A DNA stretch of 58,475 nt, taken from NCBI GenBank assembly GCA_016792665.1, contig JAEUKJ010000179.1, positions 1 through 58,475 on the forward strand. Direction: 5' to 3'. Below, in pieces: positions 39,210-48,535 of this stretch. The translations under genes were made by a program, and so were the position numbers. The notes beneath the pieces were generated by a model. That model searched no databases. It saw nothing but the letters and a program-made list of their open reading frames with translations, and was not told the origin of the DNA. Origin of the DNA: Deltaproteobacteria bacterium (GTDB lineage: Bacteria > Myxococcota_A > UBA9042 > PHBI01). Position 1 is the first letter of the stretch; every line of letters starts with the position of its first letter.

Positions 39210-39794
39210 ATGATACCCCCAGAGGACGCCCCTGACACGCCCGCTGACACGCCCGCAGACACGTCCAACGACACGCCCGCTGACATGTCCAAAGCCACGC
39301 TCGACGCGCGCACCGCGCACGAGGCGCGTGCGACCCCCACCCTGCTGGCCGTCGACCTCGGGCTGCGCACGGGGCTCGCCGTGTTCGGTCGCGACGGCCG
39401 CCTCCTCCGCTATCGCTCGACCCACTTCCCCGACCTCGGCACCCTGAAGCGCGCCTTGCCGCGCGTGCTCACCGAGGCCCCGAACCTCGCCTGCCTCGTG
39501 TGCGAGGGCGACCGCCACCTGGCCGCCATCTGGACCCGCCACCTGCCGCGCGATGCCGAGCTCGTCTGGGTCTCGGCCGAGACCTGGCGTGAGGGCCTGC
39601 TCACCCCGGCCGAGCAGCGCGACGGGCCGACCGCGAAGCAGAGCGCCGACCGCCGCGCCCGCGAGGTCATCGCCGCCTCGGGCCTCTCGCGCCCGACCTC
39701 GCTGCGCCACGACGCGGCCGAGGCCATCCTCATCGGACTCTGGGGCGCGCTGCGCCTCGGCTGGTGCGAGCGCCCACCCTGGCGCCGACGCTGA
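39210..39794 (+). CDS. RNase H-fold / RuvC-like putative nuclease
   Basis: LLAVDLGLRTG, VCEG, AETWR, HDAAEAILIG. Alternative start 39285. Confidence 0.6.
   Translation: MIPPEDAPDTPADTPADTSNDTPADMSKATLDARTAHEARATPTLLAVDLGLRTGLAVFGRDGRLLRYRSTHFPDLGTLKRALPRVLTEAPNLACLVCEGDRHLAAIWTRHLPRDAELVWVSAETWREGLLTPAEQRDGPTAKQSADRRAREVIAASGLSRPTSLRHDAAEAILIGLWGALRLGWCERPPWRRR
39225..39287 (+). repeat. 12-bp tandem repeat GACACGCCCGCT (DTPA)
   Basis: About five imperfect copies. Confidence 0.75.
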
Positions 39795-39947
39795 GCGCGG
39801 CCTGGCCGTCCTCGGCGACCTCACCCCGCGCTCATGGCCACGCTGGCCTCTCGCGCATGGTGGACGATGCCATCGGGATCGCGTCGGTGCCCCTTCCTCG
39901 AGACCCTCGATCGCAAGGCCGACCTCACCCTCGACTGAGCGGCGAGC

Positions 39948-40928
39948 TCAGTAGATGAAAGCGTCTGCGCCGTTGGTGACGGTCACCATGATGATCGTGT
40001 CGGCGCGCGTGGCCGCATCGATCTGACCCCAGGCCGTGCGCAGCGAGTCGACGTGCGGCGCGTCGTAGGCCAGGACGTGGAGGATCTGCTTCACCCAGCG
40101 ATAGGGCGCCGACACGTTCGCGCTCGAGATGAGGATGTCGCCGAGCTTCTTCTCGAGGATGCTCTTGGCCTGCGCCACCGTGTAGGGCGCGTCGAAGGGG
40201 AAGCCGACCGCGCGCGTCACGCTGACGCCGACCTTCTCGTCGTCGATTTCCATAAGGATATCGGTGATCTTACCCTGCTGGTCGTAGACGATCTCGGTCT
40301 CGGTCGCGATGAGGGTCGCGAGCTCGCAGCGCTCGAGGACCTCCAGCGCGAAGACCTCGCTCATGACCGAGCTGCCGCCCGCGTTGCCGTCGCGGATCAT
40401 CTCCTGGCTGTCGGGCAGCAAGCGCGCGAAGTCGACCTCGTCGTAGGGGTCGGTGCCGAAGTCGATGGCGTTGACGAAGAAGCTCGGGGCGGGATCGGCG
40501 AGCTCGGTGTCGATGACGCCGCACTCGCCCGAGATGGTGCCGAAGCCGGGCAGAGGAAGGGTCGGGCTGGTGTCGGGAGCGACCTCCGCGTCGGTGTCGA
40601 CGTCGGGCACATCGTCGACCCCATCAGCCACATCGGCCACATCGGCAACATCGAGCCCATCGGCCCCGTCGAGCGGGTCCTCGGTGTCGCTCACGTCGGG
40701 CCCGACCTCGTGTGAGTCGTCCGCATCGCTCGCGTCAGCGCTCGGCTCGCCGTCGACCTCGGAGGCGCTGTCGACCTCCACCTCGGTGAGGTCCCCATCA
40801 TCGATCTGGTCGGGCACGACGGACGAGTCGCGTGTGTCGTCCGACACATCGGCGGCCCCATCGTCGCCACAGCCCGAGAGGGACCCGACACCCACGACCA
40901 CCGCGACGATGAAGGTTCCGATGCGCAT
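39948..40928 (-). CDS. Lipoprotein with acidic linker and C-terminal AAC4-like domain
   Basis: LSGC lipobox; NAGGSS..SE...E.E..Y...ITD...GVSVTRA...W.KQILHV. Confidence 0.7.
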   Translation of the reverse strand: MRIGTFIVAVVVGVGSLSGCGDDGAADVSDDTRDSSVVPDQIDDGDLTEVEVDSASEVDGEPSADASDADDSHEVGPDVSDTEDPLDGADGLDVADVADVADGVDDVPDVDTDAEVAPDTSPTLPLPGFGTISGECGVIDTELADPAPSFFVNAIDFGTDPYDEVDFARLLPDSQEMIRDGNAGGSSVMSEVFALEVLERCELATLIATETEIVYDQQGKITDILMEIDDEKVGVSVTRAVGFPFDAPYTVAQAKSILEKKLGDILISSANVSAPYRWVKQILHVLAYDAPHVDSLRTAWGQIDAATRADTIIMVTVTNGADAFIY

Positions 40929-41031
40929 CTCGCGAAAGCTACGCGATGGCCAGCGCGCGAGCAACCCCGGCATCGCGCCAGCACCGTCGCGGCCGTGGCT
41001 TTTCGAAGTGATCCCAACTATATCCATACAC

Positions 41032-42860
41032 ATGGAGGACGATCCCAGGGCGCGCTTCGGCCATGCCTTCCGCCTCGGCACCTCGGTCGCGAGCGTCGCC
41101 GCCCATGGCGAGCGCAGCCAGCGCTGGATCCGCCTCGCCCGCGCGAGCCTCGCCGTCCTGCTCGTGACGACCGTCGGCACCTGGGGCTTCTGGACGCTCT
41201 CGGACGGTCGCCACTCGGTCATCGAGTGCCTCTACATGACGGTCATCAGCATCTCGACCGTCGGCTTCAACGAGGTGATCCCCATCTCCAGCGACGCCAT
41301 GCGCCTCTTCTCGATGGGGCTCATCCTCCTGGGCGGCGCGTCGCTCGTCTACTTCCTCACCGCCATCGCCGCGTTCTTCCTCGAGGGCGACCTCATCTAT
41401 GGGTTCTGGCGGCGCCGCCTGGCTCGCGCGCTCGACCGCCTCGACAAGCACGTCGTCGTCTGCGGACTCGGCCGCGTCGGGGCTACGCCTTCAACGAGCT
41501 CCAGTCCTCACGCTGGCCCGTGGTCGGCCTCGACCGCGAAGCGAGCCGGGTCGAGGCCCTCCTGCTCGAACACGGCGACCGCATCCTGTTCGCGGTGGGC
41601 GACGTCTTCCTCGAGGAAACCCTGCTCGCCGCTCGCCTCGAGCGCGCCCATGCCCTCGTCGTCGCCCTCGCCGACGACCGCGACAACCTCCTCCTCTGCG
41701 TCACGGCCCGCCAGGTCAACCCTTCGATCCGCCTCGTCGTGCGCCTGGTCGACCCCGACAATGCCTCTCTCTTCGAGGGCGCCCACGCGGACGCCATCGT
41801 CCACTCACCGCGTGTCGCCGCCAAGACGATCGCGAGCGACCTCCTGAACCCGGCTCTGTCCGACTTCACCCACCGCCTCATCACCTCGGAGTCGCATCGC
41901 AAGCCTCTGGAGCTGCTCACGGTATCACCCGATGATGCGGCCGTCGGGCAGCCGCTCGACGCCCTCGTCTTCGGGCACAAGGGCGGCGGCATGATCGTCG
42001 CCCACCGCCGAGCCGGGGACGCCCGCTTCGCGTTCCGTCCCGAGGGCTCGCGTCTCGTCGAAGGCGGCGACGAGCTGCTCCTCCTCGCCTCCCGCGAGGA
42101 GCGTCGCCACCGGAACATCGCGCCCCGCGCGACGACCTCGAACGGCGCATCGCCGCTTGGGCCGCCCGAGGCGAGGCACGCGGTCCTGGCAGGGGCAGGT
42201 GCGGTAGGGCGCGCGCTGGCGAAGGAGCTCCGGCATCGCGGGATCAGGGTCAGCGTCATCGAGAGGGACGCGGCCAAGCTGGCCCTGCTTCGCGACGCCC
42301 TGGGCGACGATCCCGACCTGCACCTGGTCTGCGGCGACGTCTACGACAAGCACGCCCTGAGCGAGGCCGGGCTCGAGCGTGCCTGGGCCTTCGTGTCGGC
42401 GCTCCAGGCCGTGCGCGACAACCTCTTCCTCGCGGCCACCGTCCACCATCAACACCCGCACCTGCGCATCGTTGCGCGCGTGGGCAGCCGCCGCGAGGCC
42501 CGCCGCATGGAGGCCTTCGGCGCCGAGGCGTTCAACCCGGGCGCCATCGGTGGCGTGCACCTCGGGCGGCTCGCGATCCACCCCGAGCTGGTCGCCTTCG
42601 CCGACGGGCTCGAGGCCTCGCTCGAGCGGACCGAGGCCCTCGCCATCTTGCCGGTGACGCGCCCCGGACTCGACGGCTCGCGCCTCCGAGAGCTCCCCAC
42701 GGGCGACCTCGGTGCGGTGGTCGTCGGACTCCGACGCAAGAAGTCAGGCCACTTCGTCTATCACCCCGACCCCGCCATGCGGCTCTCCGTCGGGGGCGCC
42801 GTGGTGGCGCTCGGCGAGGCTCACGCGCTGGAAGCGCTCAGCGCGTTCCTCGGCGGCTGA
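41032..42860 (+). pseudogene. 2-TM K+ channel with tandem RCK (TrkA-N/C) domains, split by a frameshift near 41482
   Basis: ISTVGF filter and VCGLGRVG in one frame; YAFNEL...GD...DNL and a second GAGAVG RCK domain in another. May be a sequencing error. Confidence 0.85.
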
Positions 42861-42883
42861 CTCCGCGCTGTCGCGCTTGCCCT

Positions 42884-43414
42884 TCACGGGACTCGGAGGA
42901 CGCCGAGCTTTTCTGGATCGACCACGACGAAGATCCCGACCGCGCTCGTGTGGACGACGCCGGGCTCGCTCTCGATGCGGCCGTGTACCTCGATGCGACG
43001 CCCCGCGACCGAGCGCACCTCGGCAAAAGTGATAGTGTCTATCATAAGTGGCAAGGGCCGCTTGTAGTCGACCGTCAGCCGCCCCAGCACCACCGAGTGA
43101 CCGGCGTGCCACGCCGCGACTCCCATGACCTCGTCGAGGACGGCCGCCAGGGAGCCGCCGTGGGCGTGCCCGGGAGGGCCCTCGGCGTCGGGCCCGAACC
43201 ACACGCGCGCCCGCACCTCGCCGCGCTCGACGTGGCGCCAGAAGGCGACGCGCAGACGGTTGCCAAAGGGATCGCCCGAGACGAAGGACCGGATCCGATG
43301 GACCGGCTCAGGGTTCTCGAGGCGCTCGAAGCCAGGCTCATCGGGCGCATACGGAGGCAGCGGATCGGGGGCACGCATCGCGCTCGATATACGCGGCGCG
43401 GTCGGGCGCGTCAC
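42884..43414 (-). CDS. PaaI/hotdog-fold thioesterase
   Basis: EGPPGHAHGGSLAAVLDE, LTVDYKRP. Alternative start 43378. Confidence 0.9.
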   Translation of the reverse strand: MTRPTAPRISSAMRAPDPLPPYAPDEPGFERLENPEPVHRIRSFVSGDPFGNRLRVAFWRHVERGEVRARVWFGPDAEGPPGHAHGGSLAAVLDEVMGVAAWHAGHSVVLGRLTVDYKRPLPLMIDTITFAEVRSVAGRRIEVHGRIESEPGVVHTSAVGIFVVVDPEKLGVLRVP

Positions 43415-43420
43415 GTGCGC

Positions 43421-44419
43421 TCACTCGTCGCCGCTACCCCGGCGTTCGACGCAGCCCTCGGGGAGACGGCCCGGCGCGTACTTGCGCGGGCAGTCGAAGT
43501 CTTCGGGCAGCGTGGCCTCGCAGCGCGCACGGTCGCAGGTCGCGGCACAGATGCGCTGGAGGACTGGGGCGAGCTCGGGGTGATAGCGCACGCCGAGGAT
43601 ACCGCTGTCGCGCTGGACCTCGTGGCGCACGGGGGTCGCGCGGCCGCGCGCCCAGACGACGAAGGCGTCGCCGTCCCAGTCGTGCGCGAGGGCGAAGGTC
43701 TCGTCGCTGGCGACCCAGAAGAGGCCACGCGGCTCGAGGCGGGCGTCCTCGGCCTTGCCCTGGCCGGCCCGGATCTGGGGAAAGGCCGCGCTGCTGCCGC
43801 ACGGGTCGAAGGCGGACGGGCACTGGTCCTTCGCGTAGCGAGCCCAGGTCGGGCGACGGTCGCTGGCCGCCGAGCGCCACGCGTTGTCGTTGCCGAGGAC
43901 GGCCCGGGACAGTGGCGAGCCGGCGGTCGACTTCGGGTTCCAGCAGCGGTCGTAGGTCGGCAGGGGCTCGCCGAGAAGCGCGCCGCCGACCAGATCGGTG
44001 AAGACCGGATCGGCGCATGCCGCCTTGCCACCGCGCACGCGATCAGGCGCGACGAAGGCCGGGCTGTCGCCACAGGCCGCCGCGCACTGGCAGCTCGGGC
44101 GCAGCGCGTAGGCGCCGAGCGCGACGAGGTCGCCCGCGACGTCGACGACCCAGAGTCCCTTCTGCGAGAGGAGGGGGCGGGCGGGATCGGTCGGGATGAC
44201 GAGCGTGTGATAGCCCCACGCCCCAGCGTCGCCGTCGCGGAAGTAGACGACGAAGGCGCCACGCCCCGGGGCCTCGACCGGCGTCACGGTCGCCCGAGGC
44301 GGCTCGGGCGGCGGCTGCAATGGCTCGGGCTGCGCCGGCTCGGGCTGCGGCGAGACGCGCGGCGTAGAGGTCGTGCAGGCCGAGAGCAGCACGATCATGA
44401 CGAGAGACGAGATGCGCAT
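43421..44419 (-). CDS. Cys-rich hypothetical lipoprotein
   Basis: LLSAC lipobox, Pro-rich linker, GAGGA RBS. Confidence 0.72.
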   Translation of the reverse strand: MRISSLVMIVLLSACTTSTPRVSPQPEPAQPEPLQPPPEPPRATVTPVEAPGRGAFVVYFRDGDAGAWGYHTLVIPTDPARPLLSQKGLWVVDVAGDLVALGAYALRPSCQCAAACGDSPAFVAPDRVRGGKAACADPVFTDLVGGALLGEPLPTYDRCWNPKSTAGSPLSRAVLGNDNAWRSAASDRRPTWARYAKDQCPSAFDPCGSSAAFPQIRAGQGKAEDARLEPRGLFWVASDETFALAHDWDGDAFVVWARGRATPVRHEVQRDSGILGVRYHPELAPVLQRICAATCDRARCEATLPEDFDCPRKYAPGRLPEGCVERRGSGDE

Positions 44420-44491
44420 GGGGTCCTCTCGAGCGTGATAGCGGGCGCCACGAGCGTCGTCATCTGTCGCCGAGCTGAACGCCGCGCGGGC

Positions 44492-45565
44492 TCAGCCGCG
44501 AGTAGACGCTTGGCTCGCCAGGCGCTCTTCGCGCGGACGCGAGGCGGCCAGGGCCAGGGCCTCGAGGGCGGCGGGCGCACGCTGGGCCTCGGCGTCCTTC
44601 ATCTGCCCGATGCTCGCGATGCCGTGCTTCCACGCCTTGGCGAGTGGGGTCTTCGCGAAGAGGCTCAGCAGGTGGCGCGTGACGGCGTGGGGCTTGGTGC
44701 CGCTGGCGACCTCGCGCGCGAGGTAGGGCACGACCGCCAGCGCCGCTTCCGAGCGGGTCTGGGCGGGGTTCGCGGCGGCGCCGAAGATGCGCGTGTCGGC
44801 CTCGGCGAAGACCCACGGGTCGTCGCAGGCCGCGCGACCGATCATGACGGCGTCGACGTGCTCGAGCTGGAGCTTGGCCTCGGCCAGGGTCTTGATGCCG
44901 CCGTTGATCTCGATCGCCAGTTCCGGGTGCTCGCGCTTCAGGCGATGGACCTCGTCGTAGCGCAGCGGCGGGATGGTGCGGTTCTCGCGCGGCGACAAGC
45001 CATTGAGCCAGGCCTTGCGCGCATGCACGCTGAAGCGATCGGCCCCGGCCTGAGCGACGACCTCGACGAAGGCGAGCATGTCCTCGTACGCGTCGCGGTC
45101 GTCGATGCCGATGCGGTGCTTGACGGTGACCGGGATGGAGACGGCCGCGCGCATGGCCGAGACGCACTCGGCGACCACCTCGGGCACGGCCATCAAGCAC
45201 GCCCCGAAGCGCCCGCGCTGCACCCGATCCGAGGGGCAGCCGACGTTGAGGTTCACCTCGTCCCAGCCGAGGTCCTCGGCGATCTTGGCGGCCCGAGCCA
45301 ACATGCGCGGGTCGTCACCGCCGAGCTGCAGCGCCACCGGGTGCTCGACCGGGTCCTTGCGGAGGAAGTCGACGCGACCGCCGAGCACGATCGCCTGCGC
45401 GGTGATCATCTCGGAGTAGAGCAGCGTCTCGCGCGTCAGCGCCCGCAGGACCACGCGGCAGTGCCGGTCGGTGTAGTCCATCATCGGCGCGACCGACAAG
45501 GCACGCGTCTGTCCGCGGCGCGGGCTCGGCGCAGTCGACATCGGGGCGGGATCAGGGGTCGTCAC
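44492..45565 (-). CDS. dusA: tRNA-dihydrouridine(20/20a) synthase
   Basis: SVAPMMDYTDRHCR, NLNVGCPSDRVQ, HARKAWL.GLSP.ENR.IPPL.Y. Confidence 0.95.
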   Translation of the reverse strand: MTTPDPAPMSTAPSPRRGQTRALSVAPMMDYTDRHCRVVLRALTRETLLYSEMITAQAIVLGGRVDFLRKDPVEHPVALQLGGDDPRMLARAAKIAEDLGWDEVNLNVGCPSDRVQRGRFGACLMAVPEVVAECVSAMRAAVSIPVTVKHRIGIDDRDAYEDMLAFVEVVAQAGADRFSVHARKAWLNGLSPRENRTIPPLRYDEVHRLKREHPELAIEINGGIKTLAEAKLQLEHVDAVMIGRAACDDPWVFAEADTRIFGAAANPAQTRSEAALAVVPYLAREVASGTKPHAVTRHLLSLFAKTPLAKAWKHGIASIGQMKDAEAQRAPAALEALALAASRPREERLASQASTRG

Positions 45566-45732
45566 GGCGCGGGACCCTGCCCTCGCCCGCGCCGCACGTC
45601 AACGATGAGCCACGCAATGCGTACCCGCGCGCGACTTGACCGCGATACCGACTCGGGCATCAACTGCGCCCCGACGCGTTCTGTCAGGCTCTCGTCTCGC
45701 CCCCACCACGCCCCCTCGCAAACGAAGGTCTC

Positions 45733-46362
45733 ATGCGTCTCCTCCGCCTCGCCGCCGTCGCCGCTGCCTCCGTCCTCGCCCTGCCCGCCCTGGCCGGCGA
45801 CATTCCCAAGACCTTCAAGAGCGACTCGTCCGGCCAGCTCCCCCCAGGCGTCAAGGCCTCGGGCACGGTGCTGCGCTCGGTGAGCTGGGTCGACGACAAG
45901 GGCGACAACCTCGCCGTCTTCTCGACGACCTCCAAGACCAGGACGCGCAAGGGGCACGACCCCGAGCTCACCACCACGATCTTCGTCGACATCTTCCAGG
46001 GCAAGAACGGCAAGCTCAAGAAGCAGCGCAGCGTCCGCGAGATCGTGGCCAACTGCGAGTTCGACCTCACCAACGAGTTCCTGCCGACCTCGGTCATGGT
46101 GACCGACCTCGACCAGAACGGCGTGGGCGAGCTCACCTTCGCCTATCGCTCGACCTGCCGCAGCGACGTCAGCCCCGCCACGATGAAGCTCCTCGTCCTC
46201 GAAGGCCCCAAGAAGTACATCCTGCGCGGCCAGACCCGCATCTTCCCGGGCGGCAAGGACCAGGAAGCCGTCGGCGGCGACTACACCCCCGACATGAAGG
46301 GCGCCCCGCAGGCCTTCCTCGACCACGCCGACAAGGTCTGGAAGAAGTTCGTCACCGAGTAG
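45733..46362 (+). CDS. Secreted protein (resembles the M949_RS01915-like family, from memory)
   Basis: Signal peptide; W.D..G.N, CEFD, TDLDQNG..E, CRSDVSP..MK...KY.LRG. Confidence 0.7.
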   Translation: MRLLRLAAVAAASVLALPALAGDIPKTFKSDSSGQLPPGVKASGTVLRSVSWVDDKGDNLAVFSTTSKTRTRKGHDPELTTTIFVDIFQGKNGKLKKQRSVREIVANCEFDLTNEFLPTSVMVTDLDQNGVGELTFAYRSTCRSDVSPATMKLLVLEGPKKYILRGQTRIFPGGKDQEAVGGDYTPDMKGAPQAFLDHADKVWKKFVTE

Positions 46363-46416
46363 GCGCCGTCCGCGACCGTGCGCGCCGATCCCCGCGGGGG
46401 CGCGCCGGCCGGTCGC

Positions 46417-47685
46417 TCACGCGGCCTGACGCTTGCCGACGACTGCCTGCAACATGCTGCGGGGGATGGCGTCGCCATGGACGAAGCGGCGACACACGGT
46501 GTGCAGCGCCTGCCGATCGAGGTGGCGCCCGTCGCGCGTGAGGATCGCTTCGAGGAGGCGCTCTTCGGCGCGCGAGACCTTGCCGTCCGGGAACGCCGCC
46601 AGCGCCAGGACCTCGAGCACGAGGTCGCGCTCGTGTTGGGTCAGGCGGTCGAGCGCCGCGATGAAGGCCTGGGTATCGTCGAGTTCCTTCACCTCGACCC
46701 TGCCGAGACGTCGCGAGATGGATCGCATCAACGCGAGCAGGTTCGGGTGCACCTCGTGGCTACGCACGATGGTGGACGCGACCGCACGCATCATGGCCTC
46801 CAGCACCTCGCGGCGCACGGCCTTCTCGCCGCGCAAGATCTCGATGAGCAGCGTCTCGCAGGCCGACGGCCCCAAGGCCCGGATGCGCGCTTGCCGCACC
46901 ATGCGCCACGCGACCCACGCGTCCCATGCACCGGTGATGAGGACGTCGGTGAAGGTGAGGTAGGCCTTGACGATGGCGCGGCCGCCGACGCGTCGTATCA
47001 AGAGGCGCACGATGAAGTTGGTGAGGCTGATCTTCAGCTTGTAAGAGACGGTCGCGAGCACCATGCGCCACTTGGAGATCTCTCGATAGGGATCGATCCC
47101 GAACGGATTCTGCGGCGGGTTCGGCAGCTCCAGCGCCGCGCGCGCCAACGCCAGTGCGACCGCGTTCTGCTCGTCGGTCGGCGGGTCCACCCCGCGCGGG
47201 ACGAGCCTGATCCCGGCCTCGCGCGCGATGAGGTGGACCGTCTTCAGCGCGAAGCGATAGAGGATCGCGACCTCGATCATGGTCGCGACGATGGTGACGC
47301 CGTTGACGATGAGGAAGTCGCGGATGTCCTCCCAGAAGGTGGTCTCGATGTGCTCGGGCACCGCCAGCACGAACGACGCGATGGACGAGATGAGGCCCGA
47401 CAGCGCGCCGATGCCGAAGGCGACCCACACCATCTTGCGCCCGAGGCGCCGGATGGCCTCGCGCTCCTGATCGTCGAGGAGGTGGACGACCTCGTCGCCG
47501 TGCAACTCGGGCAGCTTCGCCTCGTAGCGCTTGAAGCGCTCGAGGCCCATCTTCTCGAGCTTCGGGTTGGTCGGGACCGCGAACTCGAGCCCCAGCTCCT
47601 CGAGCTTATGGACCGTGGCCTCGACGATCGAGCCGTCGAGCTCGCCCGCCGTCCTCGCGTCTTCGGGTGTTGTCTCCGCCACCAT
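46417..47685 (-). CDS. Membrane protein with TerB-like C-terminus (possibly LBF_2804-like)
   Basis: TM segments; LARAALELPNP..FGIDP; C-terminal DGKVSRAE. Confidence 0.7.
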   Translation of the reverse strand: MVAETTPEDARTAGELDGSIVEATVHKLEELGLEFAVPTNPKLEKMGLERFKRYEAKLPELHGDEVVHLLDDQEREAIRRLGRKMVWVAFGIGALSGLISSIASFVLAVPEHIETTFWEDIRDFLIVNGVTIVATMIEVAILYRFALKTVHLIAREAGIRLVPRGVDPPTDEQNAVALALARAALELPNPPQNPFGIDPYREISKWRMVLATVSYKLKISLTNFIVRLLIRRVGGRAIVKAYLTFTDVLITGAWDAWVAWRMVRQARIRALGPSACETLLIEILRGEKAVRREVLEAMMRAVASTIVRSHEVHPNLLALMRSISRRLGRVEVKELDDTQAFIAALDRLTQHERDLVLEVLALAAFPDGKVSRAEERLLEAILTRDGRHLDRQALHTVCRRFVHGDAIPRSMLQAVVGKRQAA

Positions 47686-47693
47686 CGACGACC

Positions 47694-48518
47694 TCAGAGG
47701 AGTCCGCCGGCGAGCCGCCAGCCGGGTCCGCGCTTCACCCACTTCACCTGATGTGAGAGTGACTCTCCCTTTTCGCCGCGCCGCGCATGCCGCGTCCGCA
47801 CCACCGTCCCCTCGATCGCCTCGGCCACGACCGACTGCGGCTCGACGTAGCCCTCGAACTGGATCTCGCCCTGGGCCGCCTCCCAGGCGTGTCGGAACTG
47901 GTCGAAGGTGACCTTCTTGTCCGACGTCGAGGCGCTCGCGTCGCACAGCTCGCGGAAGGCCCGCCAGTGATGCGTCGCGAGGATGCGATAGAGCAGCGGC
48001 AGCAGATCGGCCGGCTTCTCGGTCGCGTTCGGCACGGCGATCCCGGCCTGCAGCTTGTCGAGGCTCGCCACCGCCTGATCGAGCCCGGGGACGGCCCCCT
48101 CGCGCTCGAGGAGGAGCTGCCCGCGCACGAAGATCGGCCCCAGCTCGACGACCAGCTCCGGCGCCTCGAGCTCGGTGCGCGCCTCGAGCACGGTGACGAT
48201 CGCGTCCCAGCGGTCCTCGCGCCGAAAGCCGAGCAGGGCCTGCACCTCGCGCATCCGCCCGACGCGCTGCGCCCAGACCATGTCCATCGGGATCGCGACC
48301 GCGAGACGCTGCCCCTGCGCGCTCTCGGTCCGATGCAGGATGGCCCGCCCCGTGTCGTGCGGCCCCTGCGAGGTCGGGTCGATGCCCGTCAGCGCGAAGC
48401 GCGCGCCGACCTCGGGCCGCACCTTGCCGACCGGCCCCGGGACCTCACCGAGCAGCGTCTCCCAGCGCAGCCGCCCTGCCTCGATGACCGAAGCGCGGAT
48501 CGTGTCGAGCTCTCCCAT
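47694..48518 (-). CDS. Hypothetical protein
   Basis: GGAGG RBS before ATG 48518; tight spacing with neighbours; possible NTF2-like C-terminus. Confidence 0.75.
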   Translation of the reverse strand: MGELDTIRASVIEAGRLRWETLLGEVPGPVGKVRPEVGARFALTGIDPTSQGPHDTGRAILHRTESAQGQRLAVAIPMDMVWAQRVGRMREVQALLGFRREDRWDAIVTVLEARTELEAPELVVELGPIFVRGQLLLEREGAVPGLDQAVASLDKLQAGIAVPNATEKPADLLPLLYRILATHHWRAFRELCDASASTSDKKVTFDQFRHAWEAAQGEIQFEGYVEPQSVVAEAIEGTVVRTRHARRGEKGESLSHQVKWVKRGPGWRLAGGLL

Positions 48519-48535
48519 TCCATTCCTCCCCGGTG

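Noticed and set aside
39210-39794. TnpB/Cas12-like or transposase RuvC
   Set aside because: Too short, with no zinc finger, IS ends or adjacent array.
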